DNA of 64,000 nt. Origin: Gemmatimonadales bacterium (GTDB taxonomy: Bacteria; Gemmatimonadota; Gemmatimonadetes; Gemmatimonadales; GWC2-71-9). Under the pieces are notes generated by a model. The model saw only the letters and a list, made by a program, of their open reading frames with translations. It made no database searches and was not told the DNA's origin. The translations under genes and the position numbers were made by a program. The stretch covers positions 12,298-76,297 of the forward strand of contig DATIWD010000066.1 in the NCBI GenBank assembly GCA_035519565.1. The letters run 5' to 3'. Below are positions 41,877 to 50,902 of this stretch, one piece after another; positions within the stretch are counted from its first letter, which is position 1, and each line of letters starts with the position of its first letter.

Positions 41877-44168
41877 TCATGGGATCCCCTGATCGGGTGC
41901 GCGGAACACGATCACGCCGATCAGTATCGGAGCTCCCGCTGTAACGATCGACTGGGGCGCCGGCAGGGAAGGGAGCCTCTCGCCCACTTGCTCGTCGCTC
42001 AGTAGCGCCAGCTCAGCGATCAGGGCCTCCTCTCCCGCTGTATGGCCGCCGGCGACGAATCGGAACGCGCGATCGAGCCGGTTCAGGGCCTCGGAATCCC
42101 GCCTGCGGGCTGCTGAGGCGCCCATGGCCCTGAGGCGCCGCAGGAGAATGCGGGCCTCGGGGATGCGGACGCCGTCGGCCCAGTACCGGGCGCTGAGGCG
42201 GCTCAGGTTCTCGCGGATCCAGCTGCGCACGTCGGCAAGTACCTGTTCCTTCTCATCGGCGCGCAACGGCGGGCAGCGCCGCGCGCGCTGCGCAGCCGCG
42301 AGACGATCGCCGATCACCGCTGGAGACTCCCACCAGGTTCCATCCGACGCGCGCCATTCGAGCACGGCGATCCGATCCGCCCCCAGACCGACTTCGAATC
42401 CCGCCAGGATCCCGGGCTCTGGATCCGCCACCACGGCGACCCCGCGAACGCCGGCGCCTCGGCCCATGGTTCGAGCCACGCGCTCCCGCCAGCCCCACCA
42501 CCCGGTTTCCCCCGCGTCGAGGCCCACTCGCCCCGGCAGCCTGGCCTTGAAGGCCAAACGGTAAGCGGCGTGAAGCCGGTGTTCGATCTCCGGGGGCGAC
42601 GCGAATTGCACCACGGTCACGTGAGAGTGCGTCGACCCCAGTCGGAGCGCTCTCCCCTCACGCTGGGCCAATCGCACCGAGGTCCAGGGCAGGTCGTAGT
42701 GAACCACCCGCTCCGCGGCCTGGAGGTCGAGTCCTTCGGCCGCGACGTCCGTCGTCACCAGGCAGCGGGGCGCCCACGGCGACCGGTCGGCCTGCGGACC
42801 GACGCCGAAGTGGGCCAGGACGGATGCTCGCGGTACGCGGATGGAGCCGATGCCGCTCGCCGAGCCGGTACACCAGGCTACGCGCGGGGTATCCAGGTGG
42901 GTACGCAGATAGCCAACCGTCTCCTGCGCGGTCACGAACACCAGGGTTCGCCTCTGATCCTCGAGCATCCGCCGAAGACATCGGACCTTGGCGTCTGGTC
43001 TCTCGAGTTGGGGGCGCAGTCGCTCGATCACCTGAGTGATCCCGGACAGGTCGTCGAGCGCCAGCTCCGCCGCGGACCCGGAGACCGCACCAGGATCGAC
43101 CACGGGCCAAAGCACCAGCTGATCGGGGGCCGATCCAGTGAAGCTCCGGAGGGCCGCGCGATTCCACTCTCGCCCGCTCGCCCGGGCGTCCCGTGCCTGG
43201 AGCAGCAAGGCCCGGTACCGGCGCAAGGCTCCCAGCAGGGCCGCGGGGCTCGAAGCCGCCGCATGCCAGAGGACGCTGCGCACCAGGGCCGCGATTCCCG
43301 GCTCCTGCGAGAGCTTGAGCGAATCCACGACGGTGTAGATCGCCGGAGGGAATTCGGCCGGCGGCCGCGCCACTTGAGCGACCGCCCTGGGGCGATCTCC
43401 TCCGATCGCCTCGTGACTCAGGACCATCACTTCCCCGAGGGCCGGGTGCGATTGATTCAGACGCAGCAATCCACGCAGAGACGGGACCCCGTGCCAGCGC
43501 AGGGCATCGTCCCGAATCGTGAGGAGCAGTTGAGCCGCTAGGTCGGAGAGCCGGTTGACCACCGGCGTGGCGCTGAGCAGGAGTCCTGGTCTGCCGAGGA
43601 GGTGAGGAGACAATACGCGGTACCGGCGGGTGGTCGGATTTCGGAAATGGTGGCTCTCGTCGACAATCACGAGGCCCTTCGATTCCGGTGGGCACTGACC
43701 CCGGCTCAGCCGCTCGTGGGAGAAGAGCTGCACTGGGCATCCGAGGCGCTGGGCGACCCGTCGCCACTGTGGAACCAGGACCGCGGGGACGACACAGAGC
43801 GTAGGCTCGGAGCCGTTGAGTTGGCCGCCGGCCGCCAGCGCCACAAAGGTCTTTCCACTTCCCACCGGGTCGGCGAGCATGACCCCTTGGTAGCGGGCCA
43901 GACTCGCCAGCACCCGCGCAAAACTCCCCGTCTGATCCGGACGGAGCCAGGATGGAGGGTCCGCAGCAGACCGTGGCTGTGCCAGCGCGTGGGCGAGCGC
44001 CGTGGCGACCTCCGCCGCCGCGGCCGGTGGTCCGAGCCGGAGCAGCGGCTCGAGCGAATCGCACACCCGGTGAAGCGCCTCAGCCGGCAGCCTCGGGACT
44101 GCGGCCCACCATCCCCAGTGCGGATCGTTCGTTGGCGGTGAGGCCGAGATGACGGGCGCAACACTCAT
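41877..44168 (-). CDS. SNF2-family (SF2) helicase/translocase with uncharacterised N- and C-terminal regions
   Basis: Motif I LADPVGSGKTFVALA, Ia CVVPAVLVPQW, II VIVDESHHFRN, III LLLSATPVVN, V-VI LVTTDVAAEGLDLQ...HYDLPWTSVRLAQREGRALRLG. The start is ambiguous. The frame is open to 44300, ATGs lie at about 44189 and 44168 inside the upstream gene, and a GTG lies about 44066. Confidence 0.8.
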   Translation of the reverse strand: MSVAPVISASPPTNDPHWGWWAAVPRLPAEALHRVCDSLEPLLRLGPPAAAAEVATALAHALAQPRSAADPPSWLRPDQTGSFARVLASLARYQGVMLADPVGSGKTFVALAAGGQLNGSEPTLCVVPAVLVPQWRRVAQRLGCPVQLFSHERLSRGQCPPESKGLVIVDESHHFRNPTTRRYRVLSPHLLGRPGLLLSATPVVNRLSDLAAQLLLTIRDDALRWHGVPSLRGLLRLNQSHPALGEVMVLSHEAIGGDRPRAVAQVARPPAEFPPAIYTVVDSLKLSQEPGIAALVRSVLWHAAASSPAALLGALRRYRALLLQARDARASGREWNRAALRSFTGSAPDQLVLWPVVDPGAVSGSAAELALDDLSGITQVIERLRPQLERPDAKVRCLRRMLEDQRRTLVFVTAQETVGYLRTHLDTPRVAWCTGSASGIGSIRVPRASVLAHFGVGPQADRSPWAPRCLVTTDVAAEGLDLQAAERVVHYDLPWTSVRLAQREGRALRLGSTHSHVTVVQFASPPEIEHRLHAAYRLAFKARLPGRVGLDAGETGWWGWRERVARTMGRGAGVRGVAVVADPEPGILAGFEVGLGADRIAVLEWRASDGTWWESPAVIGDRLAAAQRARRCPPLRADEKEQVLADVRSWIRENLSRLSARYWADGVRIPEARILLRRLRAMGASAARRRDSEALNRLDRAFRFVAGGHTAGEEALIAELALLSDEQVGERLPSLPAPQSIVTAGAPILIGVIVFRAPDQGIP

Positions 44169-47133
44169 CGAGTTCCTCCTGTATGGCATGCCCTGCCGCG
44201 CCCGCGCGACCGAGACTGGCCAGGTCGGGATCGGAGATCGCGCTGGCTGGGAGGGGGAGGCCGGCGATGACACTCGCGGTAAATCGGGCGTAGCCCCCAC
44301 TGGCCGGCATCGCAGTCAACCGGGCCAGTCCGGTGAGCCACCGGGCGTTGAGCCACGCCGCGAGGCGATGTGCTTCATCGCTGGATCTGGTCGGCAGCAC
44401 ATAGCAGCTGTTGAGTGGAATCGGGTCCCGGGTTGGATCGCCGGTCAGCGCGACCGCGGCCAGCTGGCAGCTGAGGTCCGCCCACACCACTCTGCCTGGG
44501 GCAGTCAGCGGCGCGGTCCGGAACACCATCCAGGGTGGTCCTCCGGTGAAGTCGGCTCGAGCTCGAAGCCGCGCTTCGTGCGCAAGGAAGTGACGAGCCG
44601 CCTGTGCCGGGAGCCGTCGGAAGGGTCGTCCCGCGGCATCGTGCGTCCATACGATTCGGGTTCGGAGCTCCACCCGGAACGGCCGCACGTCACGGCCGCG
44701 AATCGCCCAGCGAATCAGGGCCGGCTCGATCGGCGCCTCGGGATTCAGGAACAGGTGATTGGCTCCGGTCTTGGCTCCCGACTGCGGCTGATAGCCGGCG
44801 GCGATCGGCGGATGGCGTCCGACGATGGCTTCGCGTGCCTCTCGCACGTCCGGTCGCGTCAGCACCCAGGGCGCTCCACCCAGCAGGGTGGCCTGGGGAG
44901 TGAGTGCCGGGACCGTCGCGCTCAGCGCGTCTCGCACCACACCGCGCAGACGTGGCGCTCGTTTGGAGAGCACCAGAGCAAGCGGATAGGTCGTTGCCTG
45001 AAACCGCGCGCCTGGCTCTTCGGTCAGGTCCGCAATCGCATGTAGCGTCGCTTGACTCCCGAGCGCCTGCCGAGCGGTCGTGGCATACCCGGCCGTGGCC
45101 AGCTTGGAGGGGAGGAGCATGGCCATTGCTCCGCCGGGCCCGGTGAGCTCGAACGCGCGCTCCAGGAATGCCACGGCCAGGTCCGGGCGATGAGCGTACC
45201 CGCTCTCAGCGCCGGCGGTGCGCCACCACCGGTATCGTCGCTTCAATCGATCACGGAGCGCTGGCGGGATGCGCTCGCCTCGGACCCAGGGCGGATTGCC
45301 GACCAGGAGGTCGAACCCGCCACGCTCGGCGAAGACATCGGCGAAATGACTCTCGAACTGGAACCAGGGGAGCTCGCCGTCGCGGTCGAGGCGCCGCCGG
45401 GCCCCGCGAATCTGGTGCAACGCGGCACGCAGCGAACGCAGGCGTTGTGCCAGCTTCGGTGTCAGTCCTCGCCGTTCCCCGAAGAGGTCGGGCGCCCGAG
45501 CCGCGCCCAGGCATTCGGCCAGATCGAGTTCGATCCGTTCCGCGGCCAGCTCGAGGCACTCGCGGCCGGCGTTGATCTCGGCGCCACGGAGCGCTCGAGC
45601 GGCGATTCGCTTCTCCTCTCCGGTGGCCAGGATGAACCGCTGGCGGATCGCCGCAACCATCCCACCGGCCCGGGCGGGCCGCAACGGCCAGCTCGTCACC
45701 AGGCCGATCGGGTCGGCCAGGGTATCGCCCTGGCGGATCAGGCAGTCGAGGTTGGGGAGGGGAAGGACATGTTCCGGACGGTCTTCGGGATCGTCGGCGA
45801 TCACCGCGAGCCACAGGCGCAGTTCGGCCAGCCGCACCGCCATCGGATTGATATCGACGCCGAACAGATTGCGCCGAAGCACCTCGCGCTTGAGCGAGCT
45901 GCTCGGTCGAGCGCCCGGACTGCGCAACCGGGCCAGTCGTTCGAGGGTCGCGAGGAGGAATCCACCCGATCCCACCGCGGGATCCAGCACGGTCAGGTCC
46001 CTGAGCAGACGCGATAGCTCGGGGCCTCCCTGTCGCAGCCTGGCCGACGCCTCCGGGTCGCCCACGTCGAACCGACTCGCGATCAGCGCTACCAGCCCGG
46101 CTTCCATCAGCTCGCCGACCAGCGCCGCTGGGGTGTAGAAAGTCCCGCTCCCGCGACGCAGCTCCGGCGCCATCACTCCCTCGAAGACCCGGCCCAGCAT
46201 GTCGGGAGCGACGGCGGGCGCGGCCCCGGCCGCTCGTTCGCCGGTCTCGCTGACGGTGAAGTGAAACCGTTCGAACAGCCCGTCAAAGGCCGACTGCCAG
46301 ACGGCATTGGAGAAGTCCTGCCCCCTTCGCTCCAGGTAGTGGGCCTCGAACAGACCACCATTGAGGAAGGGAATCCGGCCGAACTGGGCGGCTCGGCCGC
46401 GCGCCCCGATCCGGCGATTCAGGGTGCCGAAGAAGAGCGGTCGCAGCAGGTCGCGGTGGATCGAGCCGCCCCTGTCCAGACAACCGTCGATCCGACGACG
46501 AAGAAAGTCCGGCTCCTCGTTGAGCCACCCTTTGGCCTGAACGAAATAGAGGAACAGAACCCGCGTGAGCTGCAGCAGGGCCAGCCCATGCCGCTCCCCC
46601 TCGTTCGTGGCCCCGCGCACTTCGTCGCTCACGTGGGCCAGCGTGGAGCGAAAGCCTTCGAAGAACCGCCGGCTCACCCCTTCGCCGCTCAAGGCCTCGG
46701 CTATCAGTACTGCCTGGGCCAGTCCGCTGATCCCGGAGCGCGCCCGGGCTCGTTCGAGGCACGCCAGCGCGATGGCGTCGGGCCGATCCAGCCCCACTTC
46801 GAGTGAAGGCAGATCGCCGAAGGCGACACTCACCGCCAGCTGGCGAGTCCCGCTCCCCAGCGCCACCACGCCCCCGACCTCGCCGCGAGCGAGAAGGCGC
46901 CCGGCGGTTGCCGCTGCCCTCTGCCCCGGGTCGTCGGCGTCAATCCCCAGCCAGGCGAATCCCTCGCTCCGACCCACGACGGCCGCCCGCCGAATTCCGC
47001 GAGCACCGCTGACCGCGCCAAGCCACGAGTCGACCGAGATTTCTTCCCAGGCCGGCCGATACCCGAGGGCCGCGACCAGATGGGCGAGTTGTTCGAGCCC
47101 TGCCACGGCGCGCAGAGATTCGGCAAGCGTCAT
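44080..47133 (-). CDS. Large gamma-class N6-adenine DNA methyltransferase (Eco57I/PglX/DrmMI-like) with C-terminal specificity region
   Basis: Motifs FLNGGLFE, SGTFYTPAALV, SAM motif I LDPAVGSGGFL and catalytic motif IV LVGNPPWV. The C-terminal region carries GAKTGANHLF, typical of Eco57I/TaqI-type specificity domains. 1017 aa. Confidence 0.85.
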   Translation of the reverse strand: MTLAESLRAVAGLEQLAHLVAALGYRPAWEEISVDSWLGAVSGARGIRRAAVVGRSEGFAWLGIDADDPGQRAAATAGRLLARGEVGGVVALGSGTRQLAVSVAFGDLPSLEVGLDRPDAIALACLERARARSGISGLAQAVLIAEALSGEGVSRRFFEGFRSTLAHVSDEVRGATNEGERHGLALLQLTRVLFLYFVQAKGWLNEEPDFLRRRIDGCLDRGGSIHRDLLRPLFFGTLNRRIGARGRAAQFGRIPFLNGGLFEAHYLERRGQDFSNAVWQSAFDGLFERFHFTVSETGERAAGAAPAVAPDMLGRVFEGVMAPELRRGSGTFYTPAALVGELMEAGLVALIASRFDVGDPEASARLRQGGPELSRLLRDLTVLDPAVGSGGFLLATLERLARLRSPGARPSSSLKREVLRRNLFGVDINPMAVRLAELRLWLAVIADDPEDRPEHVLPLPNLDCLIRQGDTLADPIGLVTSWPLRPARAGGMVAAIRQRFILATGEEKRIAARALRGAEINAGRECLELAAERIELDLAECLGAARAPDLFGERRGLTPKLAQRLRSLRAALHQIRGARRRLDRDGELPWFQFESHFADVFAERGGFDLLVGNPPWVRGERIPPALRDRLKRRYRWWRTAGAESGYAHRPDLAVAFLERAFELTGPGGAMAMLLPSKLATAGYATTARQALGSQATLHAIADLTEEPGARFQATTYPLALVLSKRAPRLRGVVRDALSATVPALTPQATLLGGAPWVLTRPDVREAREAIVGRHPPIAAGYQPQSGAKTGANHLFLNPEAPIEPALIRWAIRGRDVRPFRVELRTRIVWTHDAAGRPFRRLPAQAARHFLAHEARLRARADFTGGPPWMVFRTAPLTAPGRVVWADLSCQLAAVALTGDPTRDPIPLNSCYVLPTRSSDEAHRLAAWLNARWLTGLARLTAMPASGGYARFTASVIAGLPLPASAISDPDLASLGRAGAAGHAIQEELDECCARHLGLTANERSALGMVGRSPEAAG

Positions 47134-47253
47134 CGGGACCTCTTCGGATGAGGAGGTCCATGCTATCGGCCCGACCCTGTTATCTTGGTACCCTATTCGT
47201 GCCGTCTGGTGGGAAAAACTCCCTACTTCACCCCAACCGAATCGTCACGCCTC

Positions 47254-47913
47254 ATGCGGTCTCATACGTGGCTGTCCATCCTGGCTCTCACGACTCTCAT
47301 CACTCCTCTCGATGCCCAGAGCCCAACCGATAGTTCCGGCTCCGCTGTGCTTTCGGGATTCACCGTCCTCCACAATGCCGACACCGTCGCGGTGGAGTCG
47401 ATGAACCGTACGGCTACCGAGGTCACCGGCACCATCCGGTTTCCCGCCAAGGGAGAGCGGATGATTTATCACCTCGTGATCGCCCCTGACGAGACGACCC
47501 CGCTCGTAGAGGTGAGCGCGTGGCGCCTGAGCGATGCTGACTCGCGCGCGCCTCGTCAGCGAACCCGCGTCATCTTCAAGGCGGATAGTGCGGCGATCGA
47601 CGACCTGACGTCGAGCGGAATTAGGACGCTCATCTATCCGACCATGCAAGGCGCGATGCCGTACCTGAACCTTTCGTTCGGATTCTTGGAGCAGGCGACG
47701 ATGCGCGCCTTCCGTCTCGCCCGGGACACGACGACCGTCCCGTTCTTCAGCCTCGGTGGGGGCCAGACCGCCTTCGGCACCGTGCAGCGAATCGGCTCAG
47801 ATTCGGCCTCGGTGACGCTCGGTCAGGTGCAGTTTCGCCTAAAGGTGGGGCCGGAAGGAGAAATCGAGGGGGGTGGGATCCCCGCTCAGCAGATCACGGT
47901 CAGCCGGCAGTAA
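47254..47913 (+). CDS. Secreted hypothetical protein
   Basis: ATG 47254 gives signal MRSHTWLSILALTTLITPLDAQS; 219 aa; no family recognised. Confidence 0.55.
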   Translation: MRSHTWLSILALTTLITPLDAQSPTDSSGSAVLSGFTVLHNADTVAVESMNRTATEVTGTIRFPAKGERMIYHLVIAPDETTPLVEVSAWRLSDADSRAPRQRTRVIFKADSAAIDDLTSSGIRTLIYPTMQGAMPYLNLSFGFLEQATMRAFRLARDTTTVPFFSLGGGQTAFGTVQRIGSDSASVTLGQVQFRLKVGPEGEIEGGGIPAQQITVSRQ

Positions 47914-47925
47914 TCGCGGGCTCGC

Positions 47926-48177
47926 TCAGTAGTTCTGCAGAATGAGGAGGGACAGCTCCTCGAGCGGCTGATGCTGGGGGAGCACCTTGTCGTTAGCGTC
48001 GAACCTGATATTCATGGCGCACAGCTCCTCCAGGGCCGTGCTCTCCTGGTTGGCGAGATGGAGGACGTACGGCTCGCTCCCAGCCTTGAGCCGGGCCAGC
48101 CGCTCGATCAGCCAGTCCGGTTTGTCCTTCGCGTGTTCGAGCGCGTCGATCATGGCTCGCGTAATCGTGAGATGCAT
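47926..48177 (-). CDS. Small hypothetical protein (83 aa)
   Basis: Starts MHLTITRAMIDALEHAKDKPDWLIERL... It is the balanced-composition tail of the 311-aa track ORF and begins 11 nt after the GT2 stop. The upstream part of that ORF overlaps GT2 off-frame. Confidence 0.45.
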   Translation of the reverse strand: MHLTITRAMIDALEHAKDKPDWLIERLARLKAGSEPYVLHLANQESTALEELCAMNIRFDANDKVLPQHQPLEELSLLILQNY

Positions 48178-48188
48178 GGTCCCCTCGC

Positions 48189-49337
48189 TCAGGTGACTTG
48201 CGGCCCGGTGCCCGCGCTGGAATACACCCTCCCTCTCCATTCGACTCTCCTCGAGCCCCGCGCGATCGAGCGCGTCACGATGTACACGCTCATCGCCACC
48301 CCGAGGGGATAACCCAGCCCGTACCAGGGGGGAATGCGCATCCCCGCGGTCACCGCGATCCAGAACAGAGTAGCGCTCACTGCCGCTCCGGTCGCGTCCG
48401 GGAGACCGGGAGCACCCACGGCACTCAGCCCGAGCACCACCAGCGGCACCAGCCAGAAGAGCATCGCGGCCACCAACATGAGCGGGGTCAGCGCGCGCCG
48501 CCAGGGCTCGTCCGGAAAGGAAGCCTGGCTTCCGAGGAAGATGTTCTTGGACCATCCCTCGATCAGGCTCCTCAGATCCCGGTACATCCGGGTCTCCATG
48601 AGGTCGGCGGCAAACGCGCAGTAGATCCGCTCGCCGTTGCGGTAGTAGGCCTGGGCCAGCGCGAGGTCTTCGGCCACGGCCTCGCGAACCTTGCCGTGGC
48701 CGCCCACCCGATCGTACGACTCCCGGGTCACCAGGATGAATTGCCCGTTGGCGATCACGTCGCGCAGGCGATGAGGCCGGTTGATCTCCCGCGGCGGATA
48801 TCGTTGGGAGAGAAGGAAGATGATCTGCGGCATCACCAGGCGTTCCCAGAAACTGACGCATTGCAGGCTGGGGACGACGGTCAGGAGCTGGGCCCCGTGA
48901 CGCTCCAATCCGCCCACCGCGTGCGCCAGCAGCCCCGGATGATGGCGGGTGTCCGCGTCCGTGAAGAGCAGCAGCTCACCGGTGGCTTCCCGGGCGCCCT
49001 GCACGCAGGCCCACGGCTTTCCGAACCAGCCCTCGGGCAGCTCCGCGCCTTCGAGTAGCTTCACCCGGTTGTCCGCGCTTGCCACCCCTCGCACGATCGC
49101 GGCTGTGTCGTCAGTGGACCGATCGTTGACGACGATGACCTCGAAGGAATCGTAATCGCTCCCCAGGATGGAATTGACCACTTCGGCGATGTTGATGGCT
49201 TCGTTGCGGGCGGGGACGATGACACTGACTCGGCGCCCGCGGCGCGGCGGATCGTCACTGAGGCGGGGCTTCCGCAGGCTGATCCGGAGGAGGCTCAACC
49301 ACGGCAGGAGATAGACAAGGAGAAAGGCCCGGTTCAA
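48189..49337 (-). CDS. Membrane-bound glycosyltransferase family 2
   Basis: Motifs VSVIVPARNEA, VVNDRSTDDT and DxD in LLFTDADT, followed by C-terminal TM helices. Confidence 0.8.
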   Translation of the reverse strand: MNRAFLLVYLLPWLSLLRISLRKPRLSDDPPRRGRRVSVIVPARNEAINIAEVVNSILGSDYDSFEVIVVNDRSTDDTAAIVRGVASADNRVKLLEGAELPEGWFGKPWACVQGAREATGELLLFTDADTRHHPGLLAHAVGGLERHGAQLLTVVPSLQCVSFWERLVMPQIIFLLSQRYPPREINRPHRLRDVIANGQFILVTRESYDRVGGHGKVREAVAEDLALAQAYYRNGERIYCAFAADLMETRMYRDLRSLIEGWSKNIFLGSQASFPDEPWRRALTPLMLVAAMLFWLVPLVVLGLSAVGAPGLPDATGAAVSATLFWIAVTAGMRIPPWYGLGYPLGVAMSVYIVTRSIARGSRRVEWRGRVYSSAGTGPQVT

Positions 49338-49894
49338 TCCCGGGCCCGAGTCACCGCGGCCAGCTGGCCCTCGATCGCCTCCAGTTGGCGGTCCACCTCG
49401 ATGGCGTCGACCTCGCGGTCTTCGGCGGGAACGCCATTCCGCGAGAAGAGTGTGGCGACCAGCGAGTCGGTGTACCCCACGACCGCGACCGCGATCCCCT
49501 TATCGAGGAGCGCATTGAGACGGAGAATGATGGCCATCGCCTGCCGAGGTCTCATCAGGGCCAGCACCGGCGCCAGCCTCCGGATCAACACCTCTCGCAG
49601 GAATTGCATCTCTTCGACGACTTCACCCGCCGCCAGCCCTCGTGCCGTTCCCAGCCGGCCGTAGAATTCGCAGCTCTGGAACCAGATCTCACGGGTCTCT
49701 CGCCGGAGCGGCCCGACCATCTCGGCGAGCGTGCCGACCAGCAGACGAAGTTGGCGTTCGACGGTGGAGCGCGGAATCGTTGGGGCGGCGGTCATGCGTT
49801 CGCCGAGTCGGGCGGCCCATTGGGCGACCATGGCGTCACGCATTTCTGCCATGGCACGGCCCGCGGCAAGCAATGACGGGTGGGAGACGCGCAA
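49334..49894 (-). CDS. Hypothetical helical cytoplasmic protein (possibly RsbR-N-like sensor domain)
   Basis: 186 aa and all-helical by composition. Its stop overlaps the GT2 start by 4 nt. The family assignment is tentative and from memory only. Confidence 0.5.
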   Translation of the reverse strand: MRVSHPSLLAAGRAMAEMRDAMVAQWAARLGERMTAAPTIPRSTVERQLRLLVGTLAEMVGPLRRETREIWFQSCEFYGRLGTARGLAAGEVVEEMQFLREVLIRRLAPVLALMRPRQAMAIILRLNALLDKGIAVAVVGYTDSLVATLFSRNGVPAEDREVDAIEVDRQLEAIEGQLAAVTRARD

Positions 49895-49991
49895 GGCTGG
49901 TTTCCCCGGTTTCGTGCGCGGGTGAATCTATACCCGGGCCACGGAGCGCTCACAAGACCTCACGCGGACGGCCCCCAAGTTCGGGTTATGA

Positions 49992-50840
49992 TTGGGAGAC
50001 CGTATGGCCACCCCAACGCTGAAACGACACCGGCTCCCCGGCGTCCTGGGCGAGCTCCTGATCGATGTGAGAACCGCCGGTGGATCCTCGCCCCGCCCGG
50101 CCGTCATCGTGGTGCCCGGATTCAAGGGCTTCAAGGACTGGGGGATGTTTCCGCCCTTGTGCGAGCGGCTGGCCCGGGCAGGGTTTGCGGCCGTCTCGGT
50201 GAACCTGAGCGGGAGCGGGGTCGACGACTCCGGGAACTTCGCCTGGCCCGACCGATTCGGCCACAACACCCTCTCCGCCGAATTGACCGATCTCGCAACG
50301 GTGGTAGACGCCATCTCGGCGGGGAGCCTGGGATTCGCGTCGCCACCAGCGCTGGGGATCGTCGGTCACTCGAGAGGTGGCGGTATCGCCATCCTGCTGA
50401 CGGAACGCGATGCGCGAGTCAAGGCGCTGGTAACTTGGGCCGCCATCTCGACCGTGGACCGATGGCCGGGACAGCAGCGGGAATGGCGTGCTCGTGGTTA
50501 CCTGGACATTCTCAATTCGCGAACCGGGCAGGTCCTCCCGCTCTTTACCGACGTGCTCGATGATGTGGAGCGGAACCGCTCCGGCACCCTCGATATTCCT
50601 GGCGCAGCGGCTCGACTAACCACACCGTGGTTGGTGGTGCATGGGGCCGCCGATGCGTCGGTCCCACCCGAAGAGGGCGAGCGACTCGCCGCGGCCGGGC
50701 CATCAGGGCATCGGCGGTTTCTTCTGATCCCCGACGGGGATCATACGTTGGGGATCCGGCACCCCTATCAAGGTTCAACGCCCCAGTTCGAACGTGCTCA
50801 GGATGAAACGCTCGCCTGGCTGAATGGGGCGCTGGGTTGA
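49992..50840 (+). CDS. Alpha/beta hydrolase (dienelactone hydrolase / S9-like)
   Basis: Nucleophile elbow GIVGHSRGG, later HGAADASVP, and a terminal His region (DGDHTLG). Confidence 0.75.
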   Translation: MGDRMATPTLKRHRLPGVLGELLIDVRTAGGSSPRPAVIVVPGFKGFKDWGMFPPLCERLARAGFAAVSVNLSGSGVDDSGNFAWPDRFGHNTLSAELTDLATVVDAISAGSLGFASPPALGIVGHSRGGGIAILLTERDARVKALVTWAAISTVDRWPGQQREWRARGYLDILNSRTGQVLPLFTDVLDDVERNRSGTLDIPGAAARLTTPWLVVHGAADASVPPEEGERLAAAGPSGHRRFLLIPDGDHTLGIRHPYQGSTPQFERAQDETLAWLNGALG

Positions 50841-50902
50841 TCGGTCAGCGCTGCCGGCTCTACCCCTGGCTCCGCCCGCTCCACCCCAGCATACTTTGCG
50901 TC

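Noticed and set aside
44080-44300. The overlap between the MTase 3' end and the open helicase frame considered as a programmed frameshift producing a fused MTase-helicase (Type ISP-like) polypeptide.
   Set aside because: I can see no slippery heptamer or stimulatory structure at the junction. In-frame start codons for the helicase exist within and just after the overlap. Simple overlapping genes are the more economical reading.
35920-47133. tRNA-Asn as an integration site for a genomic island carrying the MTase-SNF2 pair.
   Set aside because: There is no integrase and no direct repeat of the tRNA 3' end near 47134-47260. The intervening genes are housekeeping-like (MFS, GT4, PiT/DUF47, HAD), and no visible composition shift occurs.
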